From an uncultured delta proteobacterium (GTDB lineage: Bacteria; Desulfobacterota; Desulfobacteria; Desulfobacterales; QNYZ01): 64,000 bases of DNA. This document shows, in pieces, positions 40,155-49,740 of the stretch. A program made the position numbers and the translations under genes. The notes beneath the pieces are model-generated. The model was not told the origin of the DNA. It made no database searches and was given only the letters and a program-made list of their open reading frames with translations. Where the stretch lies: the NCBI GenBank assembly GCA_963845145.1, contig CAWJQU010000003.1:96001-160000 (forward strand). Direction: 5' to 3'. Each line of letters begins with the position of its first letter. Within the stretch, counting starts at the first letter, position 1.

Positions 40155-40826
40155 ATGCAGGAGACACCCATTCAGCCGGACGTCCCCTTTCGTTTTTCGG
40201 TGCTTCATCGTATCTTACACCTTGTGGTGATGATCGGATTTACCGGTTTAGCCCTTACCGGGCTCTCCCTGGGATTTAGTTCCACGGCGCCGGCGCGTGC
40301 GTTTATGTGGTTTGTCGGCGGCGCCGGCCACGCGGCCTGGATACACCGGTTATGTGCAGCTATCACTTATGGCTGCGTGATTGTGCACGTGGTTTGGTTT
40401 TTGTATTTCAAGTTCGGGCTGGACGGCCGATGGACAGGCCCTGATTCGATTATTCCCAGGGGAAAGGATGTCAAGGACTTCAGGCATGATCTGGCCTATT
40501 TTATGGGTCGGCAAAAATCACCACCCACATTCGATAAATTCTCCTATATGGAAAAGATCGAGTACTGGGCGCTGTTTATCGGCATGAATACCATGGGCAT
40601 CACCGGCCTGATACTCTGGTTTCCCGAGTATTTTACGCGCTTTCTGCCGGGTTTTTTTGTCAACATTGCGCAACTGGTCCATTTTTTTGAGGCCATTTTG
40701 GCGGTGGTCGTCAAATTTTTCATCCATATTGGAATGACCCATTTTCGCCCGGCCGTTTATCCGGTCGATACGAGCATATTTACAGGCAGATCCCGGCATG
40801 AACTGAAGATTAGAGAGGAATTGTAG
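40155..40826 (+). CDS. Cytochrome b subunit (FdnI/hydrogenase b-type)
   Basis: HRILH..LALTG, IHR, KFSY.EK.EYW, VHFFEA..H; 4 TM. Confidence 0.85.
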   Translation: MQETPIQPDVPFRFSVLHRILHLVVMIGFTGLALTGLSLGFSSTAPARAFMWFVGGAGHAAWIHRLCAAITYGCVIVHVVWFLYFKFGLDGRWTGPDSIIPRGKDVKDFRHDLAYFMGRQKSPPTFDKFSYMEKIEYWALFIGMNTMGITGLILWFPEYFTRFLPGFFVNIAQLVHFFEAILAVVVKFFIHIGMTHFRPAVYPVDTSIFTGRSRHELKIREEL

Positions 40827-40828
40827 TT

Positions 40829-42289
40829 TTGATAACCGCAAAAGGTTGGATAGCCTTGGGAATTGCCGGCGGCCTTTTCATACTGATGGGCCTGGTGGGC
40901 GTGCCATTGGGGACAGCCGACGATATGGCCGCCAATACGGAAAAACCGGTGTGCCTGGATTGCCATCGCAAGCCCAATGTCAATACCAATGAAGGTGTGG
41001 CCACGGCCAATGCCTTCTGTAACCGATGCCACAGTAAAGCCGATTGCCGTCGAACAGTGGATGGAAAGTTGGTATCGCTTCAGGTATCGCCAACAACATC
41101 AAAAAATACACCGCATCACTATTCAGCCTGTATTCATTGTCATACGGATGTTGCCCGGTCTCCCCATCAGAGCGATACCGGGGCTCAGTGTCGATCATGC
41201 CATTCGGCGCATGGCGAGGGCACGGCCCACGCGCCACATTTCCGGGTGGAATGCCAATCCTGCCATTTTAAATCAGATTTTGTTCGACTGGATCCAGCGG
41301 ATAGCCGTATCAAACTGGCGCGGAGCAATGTCGAAGGGGAGCCTATCAGTATCGTCGATCACGGGTTGGCCGATTTAACAGACGAAAAGCTTTGCCGGCG
41401 TTGCCATCACTCCGGCAATACCGTCGGCGCCTCCGCGACAGTGCTGCCTGCCAAAAGCGCCCTGTGCATCGTCTGCCATCCGGCACCCGCCTCAGTGGGG
41501 CATGCCATATTTTGGGTGGCCCTGGTTATCCTGTTATCAGGGATACTTTTAATGCTGCGATTTTGGTTTATCGGCAGCGTTCAGGGAGAAGATAAATCCC
41601 TCCACCGAAAGATAGGGTTGAGCTCCGATGCCATCTGGCAAACGATATTTTCACGGCAGATCTTTACTATAATGAAGGTGCTGCTTCTTGATATACTGCT
41701 CCAGCGACGAATTTTGAGGGAGAGCGTCCAGCGATGGTCACTTCACTCACTGATTTTTTTGTCCATGCTGGCCCGCTTCGCGTTGAGTCTGTTCACGGGT
41801 CTCTTGTTCAGCATCGATCCGAACGGGGACCTGGCACTGGCCCTGATGAACAAAAATCATCCGGTTACCGCGTTTGTTTACGATCTTCTTGGCCTGTTTA
41901 TTCTATTAGGTGTCCTCTGGGCGACAATTCAACGATATTATGTAAAGCCCGCCCATGTGACATCTGAAATCGAAGACAATATTACCCTGTTGATTATGGG
42001 TGCATTGGTCTTCCTGGGGTTTGTGACCTCCGCAGCAAGGCTGCTCTTGACCCAGGTGCCAATCGAATTGGCAATGTATTCGTTTGTGGGGTTTTCTATC
42101 TCCAGCGTAATGGCATGGTTGCCCATCAACTGGTCGTCGGTTTACCCGATTCTGTGGTATGCCCATGCTGTTGTGGGGGCCGTATTGATCGCCTATCTTC
42201 CCTTTGGCAAATTCAAGCATGTGTTCAATGTGCCCCTGACCTATTTTCTGGAAGAAGTGTCGGGGATCAAGAAAGTAAAACGGGTGTAA
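40829..42289 (+). CDS. Heptaheme cytochrome c fused to NarI/HdrE/DsrM-like membrane heme-b domain
   Basis: Seven CxxCH motifs, then TM region with RWSLH, WYAH and YLPFGKFKH. Confidence 0.87.
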   Translation: MITAKGWIALGIAGGLFILMGLVGVPLGTADDMAANTEKPVCLDCHRKPNVNTNEGVATANAFCNRCHSKADCRRTVDGKLVSLQVSPTTSKNTPHHYSACIHCHTDVARSPHQSDTGAQCRSCHSAHGEGTAHAPHFRVECQSCHFKSDFVRLDPADSRIKLARSNVEGEPISIVDHGLADLTDEKLCRRCHHSGNTVGASATVLPAKSALCIVCHPAPASVGHAIFWVALVILLSGILLMLRFWFIGSVQGEDKSLHRKIGLSSDAIWQTIFSRQIFTIMKVLLLDILLQRRILRESVQRWSLHSLIFLSMLARFALSLFTGLLFSIDPNGDLALALMNKNHPVTAFVYDLLGLFILLGVLWATIQRYYVKPAHVTSEIEDNITLLIMGALVFLGFVTSAARLLLTQVPIELAMYSFVGFSISSVMAWLPINWSSVYPILWYAHAVVGAVLIAYLPFGKFKHVFNVPLTYFLEEVSGIKKVKRV

Positions 42290-42329
42290 ACCCGAGAACC
42301 TTCCTGCTTGCAGGGACTAGGTTGTTATT

Positions 42330-44231
42330 ATGTCTGAAAAAAAAGACGCAAACATATCACAAGATGACGCCGGCCAAGACGAGGTGCGAGAATTACCACT
42401 GCACAGTCTAAACATCAGGCAATTGATCGAGATGGATGCCTGTACGCGGTGCGGGGAATGCCTCACCTGGTGCCCCGTCCACGATCAGGATGCCAGGGAA
42501 GCCCTCATTCCACGACGCAAGGTGATCGATTTTTTAAAGGTTGCTAAAGCCCAACAGGGCATTCTGGCAAAGATTATCAAGCACCGCAAAGTAAGTGATC
42601 CGCTCAAAAGAATACTAACCCGTCTGTTCCGTTACCGTGACATTGGCAAGGCGGAAATAGAGGATTTCGTCCAGAACCTTTACGAGTGTTCCACCTGTGG
42701 GCAATGCGAGGTGGTTTGCCCGGCGCATATCGAAACCGTCACACTTTGGGAAGAGTTAAGGCGAATTATCGTCCAGGCCGGCTACGGGCCCCTGGAAGCT
42801 CAGAAAGGGTTGGTTAAAAGTGTAAAGGCCTTTGACAATCCCTGGCAGCAGCCCCGGGCGGGGCGCACAAAATGGGCCCGGAAGGCAAAAAAAGAGGGGC
42901 TCATCAAAAAGCTGCCCCCTGAGATCAAAAAAAACAAGGCCAAGGTGCTTTTGTTTTTTGGCTGCACGGCTGCCTATGACGTCAATGTCAGGCAGGTGGC
43001 CATCAACAACGTCAACATTCTCGACGCCATGGGGATCGATTACGGAATCCTCGGCAGTGAGGAAAAATGTTGTGCCAGCGTATTGCTGCGCATGGGGGAC
43101 CCGGAACATGAGCGGGTGTTCAAACAAAATATCGACCTGTTTAATAGTTTGGGTATTGATACCTTAATCAGTTCCTGTTCGGGATGCTTTAAAACCATCA
43201 TGCAGGATTATCCGCGAATTGCGCCGCTAAATTTCGAGGTACTGCATTCCGTTGAATATTTTGCACGGCTCCTGAAGCAGGGGAAGCTGACATTTTCGCA
43301 TGCGGTCGACCGTACCGTCACCTACCACGATCCCTGCCATCTTGGCCGGGCTACCGGCGGTTTTGATGGCCCGCGAATGATCATGGAAGCCATTCCCGGC
43401 CTCAAGCTCATCGAGATGCCCAGAAACCGTGAGTACTCGCGCTGCTGTGGGGCCGGCGGCGGTCTCAAGGCCGGTTTCCCGGAGATTCAGAATAAAATGG
43501 CCCGGCGACGGATTCGCGAAGCCGAGGAAACCGGCGCCGACTCGCTGGTATCGAGTTGCCCCTTTTGCTATCAGGGGTTGAATATCGGTATAAGCGCATT
43601 GGAATCGCAGCTGATCATGAGGGACATCAGCGCCCTTGTTGCGGAATCGCTTTTGGGCTACGATGTCTTTCAGCAGCCACCTCCCCACTTGGCCCAGGCG
43701 CCGGTGGCTGAAACAGAACCACCGAATGCGCCCGTAAAAACAGCTAAAGTGGCCTCAACGGAAAAGCCGGGTGAAGCCGCATCCCATGAAAGGGATGCAA
43801 AAAAAGCAGCGAGACAAAAAAACCGGGCGGAACGCCGCGCCAATCGAAGAGGCAAAGCGCTGAAAGAAAATGTCTCAGCACCCATGGAGGTAACGCCGGC
43901 GGAAACAGCCTCAGGCCAACCCGATGGCGAAAAAGGGCCTGGCGATGTGGCCAAAGAAGCTAAAAAGGCTGCCAGGCAAGAACGCCGGGCTGCCCGTAGA
44001 TCATCCCGAAAAAGTGATTCCTTACCGGGCAATATTGAAACACCGGAGGTTACAGTAGATGAAACCGCCCCGGTGGTCCAGGTACCTGAAGCACAGCCGG
44101 CGGAACCAGCTCCGGAGATGGGTGCTGAAGGAAACGACAGTGACACCAAGCAGGAACGAAAGCGCAAACGCGCCGAAAAACGGGCAGCGCGGGAAAAGGA
44201 AAAGTTAGCGAGGCGGGCCAAAAGGCAATAG
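42330..44231 (+). CDS. HdrD/GlpC-like Fe-S oxidoreductase (2x4Fe-4S + 2 CCG) with long basic C-terminal tail
   Basis: CTRCGEC...CP, CSTCGQC...CP, KCCA..SCSGC, HDPCH..RCCGAGGG..SCPFC. Confidence 0.9.
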   Translation: MSEKKDANISQDDAGQDEVRELPLHSLNIRQLIEMDACTRCGECLTWCPVHDQDAREALIPRRKVIDFLKVAKAQQGILAKIIKHRKVSDPLKRILTRLFRYRDIGKAEIEDFVQNLYECSTCGQCEVVCPAHIETVTLWEELRRIIVQAGYGPLEAQKGLVKSVKAFDNPWQQPRAGRTKWARKAKKEGLIKKLPPEIKKNKAKVLLFFGCTAAYDVNVRQVAINNVNILDAMGIDYGILGSEEKCCASVLLRMGDPEHERVFKQNIDLFNSLGIDTLISSCSGCFKTIMQDYPRIAPLNFEVLHSVEYFARLLKQGKLTFSHAVDRTVTYHDPCHLGRATGGFDGPRMIMEAIPGLKLIEMPRNREYSRCCGAGGGLKAGFPEIQNKMARRRIREAEETGADSLVSSCPFCYQGLNIGISALESQLIMRDISALVAESLLGYDVFQQPPPHLAQAPVAETEPPNAPVKTAKVASTEKPGEAASHERDAKKAARQKNRAERRANRRGKALKENVSAPMEVTPAETASGQPDGEKGPGDVAKEAKKAARQERRAARRSSRKSDSLPGNIETPEVTVDETAPVVQVPEAQPAEPAPEMGAEGNDSDTKQERKRKRAEKRAAREKEKLARRAKRQ

Positions 44232-44277
44232 GTAAAACAAAATTATAATATATCGGGTTAAGATAAATGGAGAAATT

Positions 44278-45249
44278 ATGAAACGGTCAGCGGTCATGTG
44301 TATTCTCGCCGTTCTGCTGCTGGTGGGCACCTCGGTTCAATCTACCGAAACGCCTAAGCCGGCGATTCGTATGGCAGTTCTGCAAAGCGATATTCACCAG
44401 TTGGCATTCTGGGTGGCTTTGGAAAAAGGATATTTTACTAAAAACGGTGTGAATGTGGAAGTCGCTGGAATATTCAGGGCCGGCCCGGAGATTATGACTG
44501 CCTTTTCGGCTGGTGAGCTGGATATGGCCTATGTTGGGGAAGCCCCCTCAACAACCGCTGTTGCCAACAAAGCCGCCAAAGTCGTCGTGGTTGCCCAAGT
44601 CAATACCGAAGGATCAGCCCTGGTGATAGCGAAAGACAACGCAGCCATTAAAAACTTGGCTGATTTGAAAGGCAAGACGGTTGCCGTTCCAGGCCATTCC
44701 ACCGTCCAGGATTTTTTACTGCGCAAGGCCCTCAAAAATGAGGGGATTGACCTGTCGTTTGTCAATATTATCGTGCTAAAACCGCCGGAAATGATTAACG
44801 CACTTCGCACGGGCCAAGTCGATGCGTTTATTGCCTGGGAACCTCATCCCTCCAAAGCAGCCACCATGGGCGTGGGGCAAAACCTGGCCACATCAGGCAC
44901 TATGTGGCCGGGACATCCGTGTTGTGTACTGGTGACCGATAAGGGGTTTCTGGCCAACCAGCAGGAAAAAGTTCGGGCCGTGGTGGCCGCGCATATCCAG
45001 GCCACGGACTATATCCAGGGCAACGTCGAAGAAGCAATAGCCATTGGCGTTAAATCAACCGGCATGGATGAAGCCACCATCCGCAAGGCCATACAAAATG
45101 TCCACTTCACCTACAAGCTGAACATAGAGGGAGAAAAAGAATACGTCCGGTTTCTCTCTGAACTCGGCTATATTCACATAGAGAATCCAGACGGATTTGT
45201 GGATCAATTTCTTCAGCCGAATATCCTACGTGACTTAATGCCTCAATGA
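44278..45249 (+). CDS. NitT/TauT/SsuA-family ABC substrate-binding protein
   Basis: Signal peptide, EKGYF, DLKGKTVA, DAFIAWEP, WPGHPCC. Confidence 0.9.
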   Translation: MKRSAVMCILAVLLLVGTSVQSTETPKPAIRMAVLQSDIHQLAFWVALEKGYFTKNGVNVEVAGIFRAGPEIMTAFSAGELDMAYVGEAPSTTAVANKAAKVVVVAQVNTEGSALVIAKDNAAIKNLADLKGKTVAVPGHSTVQDFLLRKALKNEGIDLSFVNIIVLKPPEMINALRTGQVDAFIAWEPHPSKAATMGVGQNLATSGTMWPGHPCCVLVTDKGFLANQQEKVRAVVAAHIQATDYIQGNVEEAIAIGVKSTGMDEATIRKAIQNVHFTYKLNIEGEKEYVRFLSELGYIHIENPDGFVDQFLQPNILRDLMPQ

Positions 45250-46001
45250 AAGGCAAGCGGATCATACCGCCCGTGATATTGCTACTGGTATGGCAATTAC
45301 TTTGTGCCACCAGCGTGATTCCTGCGTTTAAGTTGCCTTCACCGGTTCAGGTGGTATCCGGGCTGATGGATCTAATCGGCACGGGAATGCCCCCTGGGCG
45401 TCTGCTGCATATGCATATTTATTATAGTCTGCAACGCGTTTTGTGGGGGTATTCACTAGCGGTGGTGACAGCTGTGCCCCTGGGGCTTCTCATGGGCTGG
45501 TCCGGGACCGTGCGCACCATGCTTGAGCCTTTGGTGGAAATAATTCGTCCGATTCCACCACTGGCCTGGATTCCCCTTTCCATTCTCTGGTTCGGTATCG
45601 GAATTAAATCCGCGGCATTTATTATTTTCCTAGGCGCTTTTTTCCCGATTCTTCTGAGCATGATCACCGGGGTTCGCAGCATTGAGCCGGTGTTGATTGA
45701 GGCGGCCAGAATGCTCAATGCGGACCGGCGGTTTATATTTCTACATGTTTTGGTCCCGGGTGCCATGCCCTCCATATTGACAGGCATGCGCATCGGAATC
45801 GGCATTGGCTGGATGTCCCTGGTGGCGGCTGAATTCGCGGGCGTCAAGCAAGGCTACGGCTTGGGTTATATGATCATGACGGCCCGGGATATTCAACGTT
45901 CCGATGAAATCATCGCGGGCATGCTCGTTATCGGTGCTATTGGGCTTGGAATTGATGCCTGTTTGCAAATGGTTGAAAAACATCTTGTCAGTTGGCGCTA
46001 A
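45246..46001 (+). CDS. NitT/TauT/SsuC-family ABC permease
   Basis: RPIPPLAWIPL..LWFGIG, W..LVAAE, GLG. Confidence 0.92.
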   Translation: MKGKRIIPPVILLLVWQLLCATSVIPAFKLPSPVQVVSGLMDLIGTGMPPGRLLHMHIYYSLQRVLWGYSLAVVTAVPLGLLMGWSGTVRTMLEPLVEIIRPIPPLAWIPLSILWFGIGIKSAAFIIFLGAFFPILLSMITGVRSIEPVLIEAARMLNADRRFIFLHVLVPGAMPSILTGMRIGIGIGWMSLVAAEFAGVKQGYGLGYMIMTARDIQRSDEIIAGMLVIGAIGLGIDACLQMVEKHLVSWR

Positions 46002-46010
46002 CCGGTACTT

Positions 46011-46781
46011 ATGAGAACCCGACTTGAAATCGCTGACCTGAAAAAATCGTATCCAGGCAACACGCCCGATGCAGACATTGACGTGTTCTGCGGGATGAGC
46101 TTTTCGGTACAACAGGGGCAAATATTCTCCATTCTCGGGCCCAGCGGCTGCGGCAAGACCACGCTCTTGCGCCTCATTGCCGGTTTGGAAGGAAAAATAT
46201 CGGGCGAAATTTTGTTGGACGGTGAAAAACTATCCAGTTGTGACTCGCGAGTGGGAATGGTTTTTCAGGAATACGCGTTGTTTCCCTGGCGAAACCTGAT
46301 TAAAAATATTGAAGTAGCTCTTGAAATCAAGGGCCTGGCCCCCGCGGTCCGCCGGGCCCGGGCCATGCAGTATATCCGGGATTTCGGTCTGGAAGGATTT
46401 GAAAACGCTTATCCCAAAGCGCTCTCCGGCGGCATGAAACAACGTGCGGCCATTGCACGCACGCTGATCGCCAATCCGCAAGTCGTGCTAATGGATGAAC
46501 CGTTCGGGTCACTCGACAGCCAAACCCGTAACGTCATGCAGGAATTTCTCCTGAAAATCTGGGAAGAAAGAAAAGATACGATCCTGTTTGTCACCCACAA
46601 TGTGGACGAGGCCGTTTACATCAGCGATCGCATTGCCGTTTTATCCCCGCGCCCCGCCAGCATTCTGAAAATATTTGATGTCGACCTTAAAAGGCCCAGA
46701 AACCGTACCGGCAATGAACATAACCGCATCAGAAGTCAGATCCTTGAATTGCTCAATGCTTCCGCCGCCGTCGGCAAATGA
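46011..46781 (+). CDS. NitT/TauT/SsuB-family ABC ATPase
   Basis: GPSGCGKTT, LFPWR, LSGGMKQR, MDEPFGSLD. Confidence 0.93.
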   Translation: MRTRLEIADLKKSYPGNTPDADIDVFCGMSFSVQQGQIFSILGPSGCGKTTLLRLIAGLEGKISGEILLDGEKLSSCDSRVGMVFQEYALFPWRNLIKNIEVALEIKGLAPAVRRARAMQYIRDFGLEGFENAYPKALSGGMKQRAAIARTLIANPQVVLMDEPFGSLDSQTRNVMQEFLLKIWEERKDTILFVTHNVDEAVYISDRIAVLSPRPASILKIFDVDLKRPRNRTGNEHNRIRSQILELLNASAAVGK

Positions 46782-46840
46782 TCGAGTTGGATTATTGAAA
46801 GTCACATAGCGGTTTATAAAAGCGGCGTAAGTCGGGTTCC

Positions 46841-46870
46841 GTTGGTGTTAAGCGTAGCGAAACCCAACAA
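46841..46870. repeat. Degenerate REP-like hairpin
   Basis: GTTGGTGTTAAGCGTAGCGAAACCCAACAA resembles GTTGGGTT..CG..CGAAACCCAAC-type REP sequences. Confidence 0.45.
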
Positions 46871-47224
46871 TCGGAATTGATTACACGAATCCGTCTTATC
46901 GGATGTGGGCTTGCCCGTGTGCATTTTGATAGTTGGGTATTTTCTAATTTTTCCATATTGCACTTTTGGGCCCCAAAAAAACGATTATAGGATCGTTTCA
47001 AGGTGTTTTTAACCTAACCAACTTAATTTATAGAGTTGTGTGTGGCCGACCCCAATTTAATCCAGAGGGTTATTATGCCGATCCGTATATGACGCCATGA
47101 TAAAGCACTCGATTAGATGCGAACGGCTGATTTTGAGAGATACATCTGTTCATTCATCACTTCACCAATGATGTGTTATGCGGATCAATTCATTCGTTGT
47201 TAGGTCAACAAGAAAGGAGAGGAC

Positions 47225-47374
47225 GTGGCAAACACATACATTAGAAACGCGGAGAACCATAAACCGGAGATTAGGGAATTTATATATGATAAAGTACTGT
47301 CAGACAGACTGAGCACTCTTGCTTATAAAACTCTGGAACCATCTTATCTTTCAAACGTTGTGGGGGTAAGGTAA
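47225..47374 (+). CDS. Putative 49-aa small protein
   Basis: AAGGAGAGG RBS then GTG; MANTYIRNAENHKPEIREFIYDKVLSDRLSTLAYKTLEPSYLSNVVGVR. Confidence 0.35.
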   Translation: MANTYIRNAENHKPEIREFIYDKVLSDRLSTLAYKTLEPSYLSNVVGVR

Positions 47375-47579
47375 TTGTCCTCCGCTCTCGCAGCCATTTT
47401 AGCAGACCATCGGAAGCAAGGGCATCTCGGAAGATCGATATAAAAGGGCATCATTTATTATTTTCCGTGACATTTGGTCGGGAAAACGAACTGAAAGAGG
47501 TAAAATCAAAGAAGGTTGAGGCGTGGTCTATTACAAACGAGGATCGAGAAATATTATCGAGTGTTTTCAGAAGGTTAAG

Positions 47580-47672
47580 TGGCGGAGAGGGTGGGATTCG
47601 AACCCACGATCCCGCTTTTGGCAGGATACCGCTTTTCGAGAGCGGGGCCTTCAGCCTCTCGGCAACCTCTCC
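47580..47672 (-). tRNA. tRNA-Ser (anticodon CGA)
   Basis: GGAGAGG/CCTCTCC acceptor stem, CCGCT-CTCGAAA-AGCGG anticodon arm, long variable arm, T-loop GTTCGAATC, encoded CCA. Confidence 0.96.
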
Positions 47673-47908
47673 GGCTATACTGATCTTACTATACCGACCC
47701 GACCATAATGGCCCGACCTATAATGTCCCGGCGTTGTTGTTCCGGCTATATCGGTCAACCATTTATACTAACGGCGAAGCAGCGCTGTGTCAATTCCTTC
47801 TGTACCTTCCGTACCCAATCGGTCACATTTAATTGGTCTTTGTTAATCCGTAACACCTATGGTATGAACAGCCTAATCGCAATGATGACCAGCCTTGACA
47901 ATTGAACA

Positions 47909-49330
47909 ATGGACCCGAATAAAAACCAAATTCCACCAAATGTCAAAACAATTCATCTGATCGCTGCCTGCGGGACGGCCATGGGCGCCCTGGCGGTAAT
48001 GTTGAAGGGTCTCGGCTACCGGGTTACCGGATCGGATCACCATGTTTATCCCCCCATGAGCACGTTTCTGCGAGACAACGGGATTTTACTTTGGGAAGGA
48101 TTTGATCCTGCGCACCTGGACAGTAAGCCGGATCTGGTTATCGTGGGCAACGCCGTAACGCGTGACAATCCCCAGGCCGTCCGTGTGGCCGAAACCGGCT
48201 TATATTATTGCTCCATGCCCCAGGCGGTAAACCATTTTGTAACCAAGGGCAAGAAAACCCTGATTGTCACCGGCACCCACGGAAAAACAACCACATCATC
48301 GATATTAGCCTGGCTACTGTATTCGGCGGGGCTCGACCCCTCGTTTATCATTGGCGGGATTCTCCAAAACTTCAACAGCAACCATCGTCTGGGCAACGGT
48401 GAATACGTCGTTATTGAAGGGGATGAATACGATACCGCTTTCTTTGACAAAGGCCCCAAATTTCTACACTATCAACCTCACGCTGCCATTATCACCGGGG
48501 TTGAATTCGATCACGCCGATATTTTCAAGGACCTTGATCATGTTATGGCCGCTTTTGCCCAATTTCTGGATGGATTGCCAAAATCCTGCAACCTGTACGC
48601 TTACGGTGAAAACGAGAATCTCGCCCAGCTGTTGAAAGAGAGACCCACTGCCGTCCAAACATATAGTCAAGCGTCCAATAGGGGTTGGCGGCTGGGCAAG
48701 GTTAAAGATCGAAACGGCTGGAGCGATTTCGAAATCTATAAAAAAGACCGCCCCTATGGCCGGTTTCGGACGCAAATGGTCGGTCAGCACAATTTGCTCA
48801 ATACCTTAGCCGCCGTAGCGGTTGCCGATAGCTTGGGGGTTGCGCCGGATAAGATTGACGAAGCGCTCGTAGAGTTTACCGGAATTCGCCGGCGCCAGGA
48901 GGTACGGGGAATAAAAAGCGGCATCACCGTAATCGATGACTTTGCCCATCATCCCACCGCAGTTGTTGAAACGACAAAAGCCATTCGCGGCCGGTATCCT
49001 GAGGGCCGCCTGATTGCGGTATTTGAGCCTCGAACCCATACCAGCATGCGAAAGATTTTTCAAAAAAGTTACAGTTGTGCATTCGATTCAGCGGATACCA
49101 TATGCATTCGAGAACCTTCCATGCTGCATAAAGTCCCGCAAGAAATTCAAATGTCTTCCCAAACGTTGGTCGACGATCTCATCCGTCGCAAAAAAGATGC
49201 TCATCATTTTAACCGCACTGAGCAAATTATCGATTTTATCGTATCTACTGCACGGTCCGGCGATGTCATATTAATCATGAGCAATGGTGGATTCGATAAT
49301 ATTCACGAGCGTCTTTTAAAACGACTATAA
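47909..49330 (+). CDS. mpl: Murein peptide ligase
   Basis: CGTAMG.LA, VYPPMST, GTHGKTTTS, EGDEYDTAFFDK, EFDHADIF, DDFAHHPTA, MSNGGF. Confidence 0.95.
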   Translation: MDPNKNQIPPNVKTIHLIAACGTAMGALAVMLKGLGYRVTGSDHHVYPPMSTFLRDNGILLWEGFDPAHLDSKPDLVIVGNAVTRDNPQAVRVAETGLYYCSMPQAVNHFVTKGKKTLIVTGTHGKTTTSSILAWLLYSAGLDPSFIIGGILQNFNSNHRLGNGEYVVIEGDEYDTAFFDKGPKFLHYQPHAAIITGVEFDHADIFKDLDHVMAAFAQFLDGLPKSCNLYAYGENENLAQLLKERPTAVQTYSQASNRGWRLGKVKDRNGWSDFEIYKKDRPYGRFRTQMVGQHNLLNTLAAVAVADSLGVAPDKIDEALVEFTGIRRRQEVRGIKSGITVIDDFAHHPTAVVETTKAIRGRYPEGRLIAVFEPRTHTSMRKIFQKSYSCAFDSADTICIREPSMLHKVPQEIQMSSQTLVDDLIRRKKDAHHFNRTEQIIDFIVSTARSGDVILIMSNGGFDNIHERLLKRL

Positions 49331-49354
49331 TATACCCGCCGGGAAAATAACCTT

Positions 49355-49738
49355 ATGGTCAAACTTCTAACAATCGGGTTGGGTGGATTCATCGGAGCAA
49401 TCTTACGCTATCTTGTCAGCCAGCTGACACAGGTCGCTTCGGGTAGTACGTTTTTTCCGTACGGTACCCTGTGTGTCAATTTGATAGGTTGTTTTGTCAT
49501 TGGCATCCTGTCATTCATCGCCGAAACGCGCGGCATGCTGAGCATGGAAACACGAATGTTCCTTCTAGTCGGCCTGTTGGGATCGTTTACGACTTTTTCA
49601 ACATTTGGCAATGAAACATTTAACCTCTTTCGTGAGGGCCGGCCAATCCTGGCAGGCGTAAACGCAAGCGCCCATCTTATCTTTGGGCTTTTATGCGTGT
49701 GGTTCGGACGGCTAACCGCACTTTTTATCTGGAGATGA
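49355..49738 (+). CDS. crcB: Fluoride efflux channel Fluc/CrcB
   Basis: GG..GA..RY, PYGTL.VN..G, G.LGSFTTFSTF. Confidence 0.96.
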   Translation: MVKLLTIGLGGFIGAILRYLVSQLTQVASGSTFFPYGTLCVNLIGCFVIGILSFIAETRGMLSMETRMFLLVGLLGSFTTFSTFGNETFNLFREGRPILAGVNASAHLIFGLLCVWFGRLTALFIWR

Positions 49739-49740
49739 TT

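Noticed and set aside
21180..47672. Similar 3' ends of the two tRNA-Ser genes as attL/attR of an integrative element
   Set aside because: Both are complete tRNAs with different anticodons and bodies; the similarity is ordinary isoacceptor conservation, and no integrase is present
47467..47832. 121-aa ORF on the + strand
   Set aside because: Antisense shadow across tRNA-Ser(CGA); GGEGGIRTH is a typical translation of a tRNA reverse strand
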